Below, one piece after another: positions 1 through 11,580 of a stretch of DNA of 64,000 nt. Below the pieces are notes generated by a model. It saw only the letters and a program-made list of their open reading frames with translations. It searched no databases and was not told the origin of the DNA. The DNA is taken from assembly GCA_030390025.1 (NCBI GenBank), contig CM059438.1, positions 65,164,001 through 65,228,000 of the forward strand, given 5' to 3'. Numbering within the stretch: the first letter of the stretch is position 1; every line of letters begins with the position of its first letter. The position numbers and the translations under genes are program-made. This stretch comes from Squalus acanthias (lineage: Eukaryota).

Positions 1-699
1 AAGCCTAGAGGTCTTGCTGTTAACATAATAATTCCCTGTTTTGGGGGGTCAAGTGCAGGTAAATTTACATCAGACTGGATAAACACAGCAAAGCTCTGGT
101 AAAATTTCTAAATACTTACAACATTTTGAGAAGGTCCATCTTACTTCTGACATCTCAATTCCAAGTGTTCCAATGTGAAATGTGCTGAAGCCCAGTCATT
201 TTCCTGTTGATGTTAATTCCAGTTGGTGAGGGAAGTTAAGAGAACTGACCTAGAGGCAGATAGTTACAAAGAAGTCCCAAAGCATTTCCCAACCAACGAA
301 TGACTTAATTTTTTTGAAGTGCAGTTACTCTTGTTATGTAAGCATATGTGGCAGCTAATTTGAACACACGCCCCTGGCAATCTGCAAACGTCATTCACCA
401 GCAGTAACTCACCCGTAATTGACCTCAGGACCAAAATAGACCACTCTCCACGGCCAGATGAGCAGCTAAACATCACATGCCTGCTGGAGATGAGCTAGTA
501 GACACATTTATTAATGTTGATTCCCTGATTCGCCTCTGACATATCCTGTTGGAATTTGCATTTATTGGTGATTCTTGTTGTGCTCCTCAGAGGGAGAAAT
601 GTCTATGCTGGGAAATGGAAGACATTGTGGAAACATAAAGCATTTCCATTTCAGGTGGAATCAGGACCAGATACAGAATGAAGTCAGTTGGCATTTCAA

Positions 700-960
700 C
701 TTCACTCCTTCTTGCTTCTGGGTCACGAGGCTGCGGGTCCAAATCCCCACATAAGGCTGACACCCAATGTATTACTGAAGAGACGGTTACATTGGAGCTG
801 ATGTCCTGTACATGAGATGTTAAGTCTAGACCTCGCCTGCCTGACCTCATGGTTGGGGTGGATGTTGAAGATCCCACGGCACTAGTCAAAGACAAGTATT
901 GATGGATCCCTCAATAAATACCATTCACAAACTTATCAACTGACCATTCATCTCATGTGA
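700..960 (+). mobile_element. Degraded SacSINE1/DeuSINE-like SINE fragment
   Basis: Patchy similarity to the copy at 11581 (ggctgacacc, ggtggatgttgaagatcccacggcacta); boundaries approximate. Confidence 0.5.
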
Positions 961-1269
961 CAAAAATGAAATATTTTTGTTGAAGGTTTAACATGGTATT
1001 GTCTTCTTTAATTGTATCAAGGTACATAAGTTGCTGGACTCACAGAACAATGTCGCATTCCATTGCAGTAGTTCATTGGTTTGTATAAAAACAAGTATGT
1101 GGGGGAGGGGCCTAGCCACTCAATTTAAATATAAACATTTAGTCACTGATGTGTTTGATTGGGCAGCTCTTTTTGAATTCATGATGTGGAGATGCCGGTG
1201 TTGGACTGGGGTGGACAAATGTGAGAAGTCGCACAACACCAGGTTATAGTCCAACAGCTTTATTTGAAA

Positions 1270-1306
1270 TCACAAGCTTTCGGAGCGCTGCTCCTTCGTC
1301 AGGTGA
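1270..1306 (-). ncRNA. Minimal type-I hammerhead ribozyme motif (family A)
   Basis: Exact reverse complement of the motif at 1385-1421. Confidence 0.75.
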
Positions 1307-1384
1307 AGTGAAGAGATGCATATAGGCACAGCATATATCGTGTTCTCTGACTATATATGCTGTGCCTATATGCATCTCTTTACT

Positions 1385-1421
1385 TCACCTGACGAAGGAG
1401 CAGCGCTCCGAAAGCTTGTGA
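1385..1421 (+). ncRNA. Minimal type-I hammerhead ribozyme motif (family A)
   Basis: TCAC-CTGACGA-A-GGAGC-AGC-GCTCC-GAAA-GC-TT-GTGA: CUGANGA/GAAA core, 5-bp helix II, palindromic AGCU helix III, UCAC/GUGA helix I, triplet CUU. Confidence 0.75.
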
Positions 1422-1983
1422 TTTCAAATAAAGCTGTTGGACTATAACCTGGTGTTGTGCGACTTCTCACTTTTTGAATTCAGCAGATGGTAATTTAAAT
1501 TTACACGGTTCTGGTAACTGTTTCGAAGGTGTTTATCAGCCTGCCTTTTTGAAATAAGTACGTGTGTCTGCAGCCTTTGAAGAGGATCAGTCTGTAGCTT
1601 TCAAAGTGAGTTTGTCTAGAATCTCAACAAAAGGGTTGTTATGCCAGATAACTTCTGCAGTGGTTCATTTTCCTTTCCTGATCAACTGTGATGATTAAAC
1701 TAGTCGAGCTCCTGTGATATTGCACATGGGGGTGTCAAGATCAATTTTAAAATGGAATGTTGTGATGCATTCGATGATCTTAATATATGATAGATTTCCA
1801 TAAAAGTCGCGAGCCATTTATTATTTTCCATTGCTACGAGGAGCATGTTAAGATAAACAATGACTGTAAAAATTTCATGGCATTGCTACTATTCACTTGT
1901 TGTATTACTGTTTAGTGTGGTGTTATTCGGCCAATTCCGAAGATGAGGGAGGATCCCTGTAAAGGCCGGGGTAAAAGTTGTAC

Positions 1984-2553
1984 GGGGGCAAAATTGGGTC
2001 GCGCCCCCTTTGGGGCGCTAACTTCGTCGGGCCTCTAAAGTTAGTGCCCCCGTGCCCGAAATTCACTGGTATCGCCCCGCCTCCCTCTTGGTGCCCGGCG
2101 AGTGAATATCGCGCCGCTATGTGCCGCGGTACTGCAGGCCTTCCTCTCCTTATCAAAGGGGAGGGGCCTTGCGCAGCGCGACCCGGGGCCCAGCTGGGCC
2201 ACCAGGGATTGGAGTGTAGGCTCACGGAGTGCAGCCGGCACCCCGTGGGGGGGTTTCACAGGAGGCTGGGGACAGCAACGGGGGCAGGTGCTGGCAGGCG
2301 GCCAGCAATAAGAATGGCCGCCCGGCACCTCCCCTTTAATTTGCACCGCCCCAGTAGCACGTACGCCCTGACCCTGTCGGACATAGCGTCTGGCGGTAAG
2401 TCAGGGGGCGCCACCGAAGATCGCGGCCGGGGCGCGAGCGGGGTGCTGCGCACGGTGATGACGTCATCGCCAGAGGCGCAGCGCCGCGGGGCGCTAATGG
2501 TTATCACCGCTGCTAACCTCCCGCTAGTTGCCTTGCCTCTTAGAGCGCTAACG
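1984..2553. mobile_element. GC-rich non-autonomous DNA transposon (PIF/Harbinger-type MITE), one end truncated
   Basis: Begins GGGGGCAAAATT; internally homologous, in opposite orientation, to 42905-43448; second TIR missing after gcgctaacggg. Confidence 0.7.
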
Positions 2554-3631
2554 GGTTTCCTGTTTGTCTCCCAGACATGCCATGAATTCGGAGCAAGTGT
2601 AAACACTCTATGTGGGACATAGGGAACTAAAACTCAGCTATGAGAGTACTCTGAAGCATGGAACCTAAAAAATCTAGAGTAAAACAAAGCTAAAACCATA
2701 ATGTAGGCACTGTATAAATGCAAGTATATCATTCTGACACACTCTTCAATCTGCTTCACCCATTGCCCTCAGAAGGATAATTCCACTTGCAACATTATGA
2801 TTTTTTCCATTTTAGGTGCCATCTTTTACCCTTTTTGACTGAGATTGAAGATTTGAGATGAATTGTGGGAAGTCCGCTTGTGTGGCTGACTTGAACTCAC
2901 AGCAACTTGGTTGAGACGACACTGTGTAATTATCCTTCAATGCCCTCAGTCTAGACTGGTTTGAAACCACTATCTTCAAGGTAAAAGGTATTGTTGTCCA
3001 CTAATCCACCAAGCTCGAACAGTGTGAGCAGAAGTGCCGGCAGCAATCAAGTAGAAGTGTGCAAGAAATGAATTTCTCTCTGTGAGATACAGACTACTGA
3101 TACTAATCAAAACTCATAGATACTCAACAGGTTCCCTATGGTTACATCTGACTCTGCAAATTTATGATGGTATTAAACTACTGGGTAAAATAATTGCATT
3201 TCATGTGGTGTATTTTATGTGGTGGCAACTGACTTGACTGCATGCCTGTTAGCCGTTTATTGAACAAATATTTAAGTCATATACATGTTTGAACGAAGTG
3301 GTACAATGAAAGTACTGTTGATTATCTATGACCACCTAATTGACTTGGGCGTTGAAAACAAATTCCTTCCCTGCTATGCAGAGTTGTAATTTATTACTGT
3401 GCTACAGAGTGCTTATGTGCACAGCTTTCTGCGCTGGCAAGTTTTTCAGAAGTAGCTTTCAGAAGTTTTCTAAGCTGAGTCGAGGCATTTCTGCATAAGA
3501 ATGGAAGGAACACTTGATTGCCCAATCACTCTTGCATGCTGTTCAGTGTCGGAGTCAAAAGACCCGTTGCCGAAGGGTAAGGGAGCAAGTCTCCTAACTG
3601 CCCGCTGGCACAGGGACTGTAGAGTGGCACA

Positions 3632-3841
3632 TGAGCTTCGCCAGCGCTCTGAGTTAGCGCCTCACTCCTTGGCCTTTGCGCCTTAAGACAGGTGTGCAGC
3701 GCCTGATTTAGCGCTCCACTCACCTCCCGGGGCGGTAAAAGTGAAGTTTCCAGTCAGTGCCGATAATTAGCGCCAGGCGCTAATATTTGCGTCCAGACGA
3801 TATTTGCGCCCCAAATGGGGCGCGACCTAATTTTTACCCCC
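3632..3841. mobile_element. Terminal part of a GC-rich MITE
   Basis: Closely matches ~29950-30161 and ends in the TIR AATTTTTACCCCC; flanked by a 46-bp direct repeat (3586-3631, 3841-3886). Confidence 0.75.
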
Positions 3842-3869
3842 AAGTCTCCTAACTGCCCGCTGGCACAGT

Positions 3870-5226
3870 GACTGTAGAGTGGCACAGGGGATGTAGCATG
3901 GCACAGGGCTGTAGCATGGCACAGGGGATGTAGCATGGCACAGGGCTGTAGCATGGCACAGGGCTCTGGCGTGGCACTGGGGCTGTAGCATGGCACTGGG
4001 GCTGTAGCATGGCACTGGGGCTGTAGCATGGCACTTGGGCAGTAGCATGACACGGGGCTGTAGCATGGCACGGGGCTGTAGCATGGCACAGGGGCTGTAG
4101 CATGGCACAGGGGCTGTAGCATGGCACAGGGGCTGTAGCATGGCACTCGGGCAGTAGCATGACACAGGGCTGTAGCATGGCACAGGGGCTGTAGCATGAC
4201 ACAGGGGCTGTAGCATGGCACTGGGGCTGTAGCATGGCACAGGGGCTGTAATGTGGCACTGGGCTGTAGCATGGCACAGGGGCTGTAATGTGGCACAGGG
4301 GCTGTAGCATGGCACTGGGGCTGTAGCATGGCACTGGGGCTGTAGCATGGCACTGGGGCTGTAGCATGACACAGGTCTGTAGCATGGCACAGGGGCTGTA
4401 GCATGGCACAGGGCTGTAGCATGGCACTGGGGCTGTAGCATGACACAGGTCTGTAGCATGGCACAGGGCTGTAATGTGGCACAGGGCTGTAGCATGGCAC
4501 AGGGCTGTAATGTGGCACTGGGGCTGTAGCATGGCACTGGGGCTGTAGCATGACACGGCTGTAGCATGGCACTGGGGCTGTAGCATGGCACAGGTCTGTA
4601 GCATGACACAGGTCTGTAGCATGGCACAGGGCTGTAGCATGGCACAGGGGCTGTAATGTGGCACAGGGCTGTAGCATGGCACAGGGCTGTAGCATGGCAC
4701 TGGGGCTGTAGCATGGCACAGGGGCTGTAATGTGGCACAGTGCTGTAGCATGGCACAGGGGCTGTAGCATGGCACTGGGGCTGTAGCATGGCACAGGGGC
4801 TGTAATGTGGCACAGTGCTGTAGCATGGCACAGGGGCTGTAGCATGGCACTGGGGCTGTAGCATGACACAGGATTGTAGCATGGCACTGGGGCTGTAGCA
4901 TGACACTGGGCCGTAGCATGGCACAGGGGCTGTAGCATGGCACTGGGGCTGTAGCATGGCACAGGGGCTGTAGCATGGCACTGGGGCTGTAGCATGGCAC
5001 TGGGGCTGTAGCATGACACTGGGCCGTAGCATGGCACAGGGCTGTAGCATGGCACTGGGGCTGTAGCATGGCACTGGGGCTGTAGCATGGCACTGGGGCT
5101 GTAGCATGACACTGGGCCGTAGCATGGCACAGGGCTGTAGCATGGCACAGGGCTGTAGCATGGTACGGGGGCCATAACGTGGCACGGGGTTGTAGCATGG
5201 CACAGAAGCTATAGAGTGGCACAGGA
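3870..5226. repeat. Minisatellite, 19-20-bp unit (consensus GGCTGTAGCATGGCACWGG[G])
   Basis: Directly visible tandem array of roughly 70 units, with recurring variants (GTAATGTGGCAC, CATGACAC, GGTCTG) and diverged end units (GTAGAGTGGCAC / ATAGAGTGGCAC). Confidence 0.97.
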
Positions 5227-5996
5227 TGGCCAATCAAAGGGGTAGAGAGAAAATTAAACACAGCACAAAAGTGAAATATATCTATGTGCATGCATGTGAA
5301 AGTCATTCCAGGGACAACAATTAAGCAGGCAATCCAATCTGATGAATATGAGGGCTACAAAAGGATCTCATGCCCTTTACAGGTCAGACTGACGACCGAA
5401 CAGAAAATCTTGCGAGAGCTCAATAGGAGCTCCAGCAACTTCACAAACTGTGCCCCTAGAGAGCAAAAATGACATTATAAATCAAATGAGGCACGGTGCC
5501 AGTGTATCTCCTTATAACTGCTGCCGACTGTACTTCAAAACAGCTGATTTATCAAGTGTAAACTATCACTCGTCTCTCTTCTGAAATTTAAATGTAAATC
5601 AACTGCTAGGATCCTGCTACTTAACGGAAGCTAAACCAGTAGTTGATTGATGAATACTTGAATTGAGAATATATTTCTGACCAATGTATCTCTTCACCCC
5701 GCTTGTTGCAGCAGTACTGATTTGGCATCTCGTGAACTCCCCATGACACTCTCTCAACTTTCTGTGCTGGGTAGTGATCATTATAGGCAGAAAAAGACAA
5801 TTGTCTCTGCACTGTCAAGTGATGCTCGGCCCAGCATGTTAAGAAAGGCTCAACTGACGCCTGGCATTTTTGATGCGTCAGTCATCGAGTTCCCCACTGC
5901 CACAAAAACATTTTGGTGCAGCAAATGGCGGATTGCAAAATGCAGCTGGAGTGTCTTCAGATGGATAATCCACAGTAACTAAGTCCCCATCGCTAC

Positions 5997-6230
5997 AATA
6001 AAACAGAACATGCTGGAAATACGCAGCCTGTCTGTGAAGAGAAAAGATGAGCTATCGTCTCGGGTGTATAGAATCATGGAAATTGCCGCACATTAGGGCG
6101 CCAGTTGACTCATCCCATCACTCTGTCGCTGGTGTAAACCCTTTGCCTGTCCTTTTTATAGATAGTGCCAGGCCTGCTACATTCTGGTATTTTCTCTTGT
6201 CATTCCAGCATTTGCTGTTTTATTTTTTTT
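5997..6230. mobile_element. Old Penelope family-B inverted remnant
   Basis: aaaacagaacatgctggaaat ... attccagcatttgctgtttt inverted ends resembling 22894-23186; hammerhead core not retained. Confidence 0.45.
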
Positions 6231-6814
6231 ACCTCCGTCGCAGATCTAGTATTGGCCATAAAATCTGTCATAGCTGTCATAGCTAGGGATGAGTGTTGAA
6301 ATCTGGGTACAAATTAGCTCAGAATTAAGATATTCAGAGAAATTCTTGTTTGGGTTGAATTCGGATGTGTATCAGCCTGTGCCATTCAGGAAATGCTGCA
6401 CGTTGTGTCGCCTGTGCTTCTTATCAGTACACATCTTATTTTGTTTCTCGGTGACGTTCAAAGCTTCTCACCTCTGGTGTTGAACTTCAGTTTATGCAAG
6501 AATCTGTGATTTGATCTATTTCTTGATTTCCTAGTTTTTCACATCAGTGTTCTTCCCTTTAAATCCGTGTTGTTTGGAGAAGAAGTTCACCAGTTCCCTG
6601 GATGACTTAATACTGGGAATGTGCACAAGTTCCTTGGAGTCTGAGAGACTCTCTCTGCAATCAATGCTCCGACAACTGGCTGTTATTCTAAAGTTTGCAA
6701 TGGGCAATGTGATGAGATAATGTGCTCGTATTCCATGGGACAGAGGATTGTAAGTCTCTGCATGTTATTTCCTGTCAAGTTGGCAGTGGGAGAGGAGACA
6801 AGAGAAAACCAGAG

Positions 6815-6985
6815 GGCGAGATCTGGAATGCACTGCCTGAAAGGGTGGTGGAAGCAGATTCAACAATAACTTTCAAAAGGGAATTGGTCATATGCTTGAA
6901 AAGGAAAATCTTTCAGGGCTAGGGAGAAAGAGCTGGGGAGGGAGACTAATTGGATAGCCCTTTCTGTGGTGTAAGACGCTATAGC
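6815..6985 (+). mobile_element. CR1 LINE 3' fragment
   Basis: Encodes IWNALPERVVEADSTITFKREL, the CR1 ORF2 C-terminus. Confidence 0.75.
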
Positions 6986-7202
6986 CTAGATATTTGCACT
7001 ATTTGCGCTCAGCGTTAAGGCCTGTTCGGGAAAGAAATTGACACATCCGCCTCACTTCTGCTCGCCATTAGTAGCGCTGGCCCCTGGAATGTAAATGAGC
7101 AGAGTGTGAAGTCACGCCGACTTGATGCCAGGTCTGCAAACTTCGACGTTTTCGCTAAGCATGCTCAGAAAAGCGTGTGTGAAGCAGCCCTACAGAGACA
7201 CT

Positions 7203-7903
7203 GGGCTGGATTTTGATACTGGGGCGGGTTGGGGTCGTGTTATCCACTTTTCGTGTTATCCACCCGACTGCAATTGGATGTGGGAGATTGATGCGATTTT
7301 CACCTAATTGGGCAATTGAGTTCCAGCATGTGGGAACCCATGAACCAATTCGTGTTTTCAGTCTGAAAGTCGCCTCTGATGATGTCATCATTGCTGCTGC
7401 ATTGAAGGTCTGCAAAGACTGCCTGGCCTTTGCTGTGAGAGGACCTGGATGCGAAAGTCTGCTCCCAGATATTTTGAGAGAGAGAGAGAGAGAGAACCTG
7501 AAGGCAAAATGAGCAGCAGCAGCCCTAGGTCTGCTCCCAGATGTTTTTCCTACTACTACTACTACTACTTCTCCATTGTAATAGTGGACCTGCAGCTGAT
7601 AGTCAGCTTTCGCCAGGTTTCACATTTGTGGTTCAGAACAGGCATGCTTCACGTAGAACAAGGGTTAAAATCACAAAGGCCTTTCAAAATGGCATTATAG
7701 AGCCAATTTAGTGCTTGTTAAGGGCCTTAACAGCCTTTCCCGCCTCTTAAAGGCGGGATGGAGTCGGGACCAGCAGACACGATTTAATGAAAATTGCGTG
7801 GAGGCGGGATGGAGGCGGACTTGTGCCCGCCCGCCAGTTTTTGCAATTTTAACCCCCCACACGCCTCCAAACCCACCTCCACGGTTCAATGAAAATCCAG
7901 CCC
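7203..7903. mobile_element. MITE with perfect 12-bp TIR
   Basis: GGGCTGGATTTT (7203) ... AAAATCCAGCCC (7903); flanks gacact/agtgtc extend the inverted match to 18 bp; internal (GA)n and (CTA)n microsatellites. Confidence 0.75.
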
Positions 7904-8099
7904 AGTGTCAGTGCTTCTTAAAGGGACACACACATCTTTCAGGTAAGTTTGGATTTAAGATTTTGGACTGGATTGTTTATATCTTATTGAAGTAGTGGCT
8001 TGGTGCAATACATGTTAAAAGTTTTTAAAATGTGCAGGGAGTGCAGGGAGTACTACTGGATGCTTGCAAGGCTTCAGATGGTAAAGGAAGGCCTCTGAG

Positions 8100-8233
8100 A
8101 AGGCAGAAAATGCTGGAAATACTCAGCAGGCATCATCCATGGAGAGAGAAACAGAGTTCACGTCTCAGGTTGAGATGCTGTCCTTCTGAGTATGTCCAGC
8201 ATTTTCTGCTTTTATTTCAGATTTCCAGCATCC
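8100..8233. mobile_element. Penelope family-B inverted remnant
   Basis: gcagaaaatgctgga ... tccagcattttctgc inverted arms with centre deleted; same family as 22894-23186. Confidence 0.6.
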
Positions 8234-8563
8234 ACTCGCAGAGCAAGACACAGAAGAGGAAGAAGCAGAAGAGTAGGAAGTGGAAGGAAGGATGCAACCC
8301 AGACAGCTCCTTTCTAGCCGGGATATCCGGGATCGAATCATCCGCCTGCAGTATCAGTGACCACAACCCCAATTCCCCTTTCAACATTAGTCCCACACCT
8401 TACCTTCCCTCTGTTACTGACCATCACAATGCTGAAATAAAAGCCATCACAAAGCAAACTTTCCAATCCAACTTTATACATTTATCCATCCAATAATACA
8501 TCAAGAAATCAACTAATCACCCTTGTGCATTCCCTTAGTGACTGTCCTGTGTGTGCCTTTACC

Positions 8564-8763
8564 GTTAGAAAGATTAACTGTAATCCTCTGGCAGTGTTCT
8601 CTGACTATATATGCTGTGCCTATATGCATCTCTTCACTTCACCTGACGAAGGAGCAGCGCTCCGAAAGCTTGTGATTTCAAATAAAGCTGTTGGACTATA
8701 ACCTGGTGTTGTGCGACTTCTCACATTTGTCCACCCCAGTCCAACACCGGCATCTCCACATTA
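8564..8763 (+). mobile_element. Penelope-like element (family A), single pLTR with tail
   Basis: Near-identical to the arms at 1352-1470 and 60956-61153, including the tail ttgtccaccccagtccaacaccggcatctccaca; inserted in the Harbinger remnant; no clear TSD. Confidence 0.85.
8639..8675 (+). ncRNA. Minimal type-I hammerhead ribozyme motif (family A)
   Basis: CTGACGA at 8643-8649, GAAA at 8664-8667, predicted cleavage after U8671. Confidence 0.75.
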
Positions 8764-9888
8764 TATCCGAGTGATGTCACACAGTGCTACCCCAGTGGCT
8801 GCAGCATGGCTGGTGGAAGGCTGCTGACTTTCAGTGGGGGACACCGCAGATGGCCTTGCAGGACAACCTCGAGGAGCTGATGGCTGGGAGTGTCAAATCA
8901 AGTGACCGTGTTTCTTTTTCTACTTTTTCACACTCATCTCCCCCTTCTTGGTCAACCATTGGCTGGGCAGGCTACATTTCTTGTGTGTGTGAACTGAGGA
9001 AGGCACAAGGATAGAGCTGTGGTGAGGGGAGGGTGGGAAAGCAAGAGCTGCATACTTACACCATGCGCACCTTGTAAATCAGGCGAGATTGTGGGATGAA
9101 GGGGACGTGGGATGTGAGAAGGAGGATAACGTATGAGGATACTAGTATCTTGTATCCTTTCAGCCCCACCGATGGCCAAGGGCTCAGCCATGCCCCTGCC
9201 AAGAATGGTCAGCACCTTCTCCTCCAAGGAGCTGAGGTGAAGCTAGGAATGGGAGGTGTGTCTCGTGATTGGTAGAGATTGTTGGTAGGTGAGTGATGGG
9301 GAGGGGGCGGGTGGTCATGCAGTGAGTGTGCGAGGCTAGCGGTGCAATTGGTAGGAGACGGCTTTTGAAGATGCATACACTGACCTTGACCATTGTTCTG
9401 AGATCATGAAGCTTCTTTGGGCACTGGAGCCTGGTCTTGGGGGCGACACTGCTGGCAGTGACTGCCTTGGTGATGTGGTCCCACATCGTTCTTTCTGGAG
9501 GGCCTCCTGGCTCCTGTGGGTAGAGGACCTCTCCTGCAGTGTTTGACCCCCTGCACAAAGCTGGAGTGCTGTGTGCAAGACCCTGGGTGACTCTTCCCTG
9601 GCTTGCTGAGCCATTTGTGGTAGTGCTGAGGTACTTTCACCGCCACTGGCTATTTTTTAAAAATGACGAATTTTTCATTCACAAGAAGTTAAGAAGGGAA
9701 CTCGCAGCCTGCTGGCTGTTTTATTGTTTTACTGTTGGTCAGTTGATTTGATTGGTGGATACAGGCAAACGTAGCTGAAAAAGCTTGGAAACTTTTTCCT
9801 AATTAAAGAAAAATTGTGCTGTAAACAGGGCAAGCCGTGAAAGGTCTGTTACAAGCACATCAGCAGAGAATCAGTTGACTGGCCATCC

Positions 9889-10113
9889 ACAACAACAACA
9901 ATTTGCATGTACATAGCACCGTTAATGTAGTAAAACATCTCAATGCACTTCACAGGAGTGTTATCAAATAAACCTTGGCAATGAGCCACATAAGGAGATA
10001 TTAGGACAGGTGACCAAAAGCGTGGTCAAAGAGGTAGGTTTTAAGGAGAGTCTTAATGGAAGAGAGAGAGGAAGCGAGGTGGAGATGTTTAGGGAGGGAA
10101 TTCCAGAGCTTAG
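9889..10113 (-). mobile_element. L2 LINE 3' end fragment
   Basis: (CAA)n tail and sequence matching the copies at 17109 and 62019. Confidence 0.8.
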
Positions 10114-10343
10114 CGCGTTGTTACTAAGGTACAGTGGACTGGTCATGCCAGGATCTTGCAGAGGACAGCGCTTGACCACTTGTACATGACTTTATCTTTG
10201 CAAAACCAATGGTGGCAGAGAACGACCTTTTTGTGGGTCTTCCAATGGGACATCCCATCAACAACTTTATCCTTCTGGCCTGCCAAACAGTGTTGAGCCA
10301 TTTCAGTGCATTGGCATGCATTGCGATCGTACGTACATGTATT

Positions 10344-10380
10344 TGTGTGTGCGTGTATATATATATATATATATATATAT
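10344..10380. repeat. (TG)n/(TA)n microsatellite
   Basis: Directly visible. Confidence 0.9.
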
Positions 10381-11580
10381 GTCACGTAAACAACTGTTTC
10401 CTGTGAAGTTCATTATAAAATCCAGGTGGACATTGATGCTCGATATGGAGCTGAAGTTTCATCTGTACTGCTAACCACAGATCGCGGTTTAGGTTCAGTG
10501 GGCTTTGGTCAGCTGAAGCGTGCATGACTGATCTGCCCCTCAAAGTATTCAACTACAAAAAGGCCGTTATTGCATTCTATAAAAAAAGTAAAGAAGAGTT
10601 TTCAGGAATAGGATGTGGTCAAATTGATTGCCGTTAATGTGTGAGATAACGCAATTACTGGATAAAAGATAATCATTTTTAGATCTGACCAAAAGGAAGC
10701 TGTTTGTGGCAGGTTAACCTCTTCAACAAATAAGCAGTCAGCGCGATAATACTAGACCTTGCTGTATCTCATTACTGTTTGTGTTGTTAACATGTTTCAG
10801 TAACAGTTTGATGCAGCGGCAATTTATGAAGTCTGGGGTTTATGCTTCCCCAGAAGGATGAGTTTTAACCATCTGTCCGCTTTGGAAGTGAAAGCTGTTA
10901 ATAGTCGTGGGGCAGGGGGGTTGTGTTCTGTATGGTAAGTGTGACATCCTGCTACAAGTCCCACACACCTCAACTTTTTCCATATGTAGTACGTTTTGCA
11001 GCCCGATTATGGCAGGGTTGCAGTTTAAAAAATCCCGGAAGCAGTAACTATGCTGGTTTCTGAATGATGACAATTCACTTGCTTGAACAATTCACTTGCC
11101 CTGGATATGGCTGAATCATATGCCCTGACAGGCTGACGAAGAAACACAGCTAATGAGATTTATTGTGGTGGCAATGGACTGGATTACCTTGTCCTCTGGA
11201 TCAAGATAGATGGGCGAGGGGAAAATAGAAAGTTTGATTTTTTTTTCCCAAACTACATTTATTTAAATGCAGGAGTAAAATGAATGAAACCATTTTCAGC
11301 AAATGGAGTTTGCTGATACACCTCTGGAAAAATATGGCCACTAAAGTCTCCATTACTCATCATTGAGTTTGATTTGTTGTTTTCCTCCATGCCCTTGCTC
11401 CAGCAACCCCATGGTGAAAAAAACAAACCTTAGGTGAGCTGTCAGTGGAGAATGATATACATGACCTGAAGGGACATAGTGCCAACAATACAAAGTATAG
11501 GTGCTGGTTAAGAGTGGCAAGAGATGGAAGTGGGAGGCAGAAACTGAAAGTTGCTTGAAAATCTTGTGGGAAAAGCCCAA

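Larger units (their letters stand above)
1182..1469. mobile_element. Penelope-like element (family A), inverted pLTR pair with 3' tail extension
   Basis: Inverted arms ~1221-1338 and ~1352-1470, 39-nt extension 1182-1220 on one arm only, 13-bp TSD ctttttgaattca (1169-1181, 1470-1482), hammerhead motif followed by AATAAA in each arm. Confidence 0.85.
8240..9614 (-). pseudogene. PIF/Harbinger remnant: Myb/SANT-like ORF1 pseudogene (minus strand) with possible transposase 3' end on the plus strand (~8240-8360)
   Basis: Frameshifted MAQQAREESPR...VLYPQ...MWDHITKAVTASSVAPKTRLQCPKKLHDLRTMVK then GT donor at 9384; exon-2 remnant EEKVLTILG...LAIGGAE; plus strand acidic stretch then RDIRDRIIRLQYQ-stop and AATAAA. 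Confidence 0.6.

Noticed and set aside
1221..1470. Inverted repeats as DNA-transposon TIRs or miRNA genes
   Set aside because: One-sided tail, 13-bp TSD, solo-arm copies and hammerhead plus AATAAA fit Penelope pLTRs better.
1923..2622. GC-rich ORFs / apparent CpG-island promoter (also 29281-30044, 42926-43414, 55670-56342)
   Set aside because: All fall inside TIR-bounded, mutually homologous MITEs; ORFs reflect stop-codon scarcity at high GC.
3754..5306. Three overlapping 468-485-aa Cys/Pro-rich ORFs, and a possible CRISPR-like array
   Set aside because: The minisatellite unit lacks minus-strand stops, so all three frames are open and give the same permuted peptides; there are no unique spacers and no cas genes.
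5284..5472. Short ORFs in unique sequence as host exons
   Set aside because: No recognisable domain and no paired splice sites.
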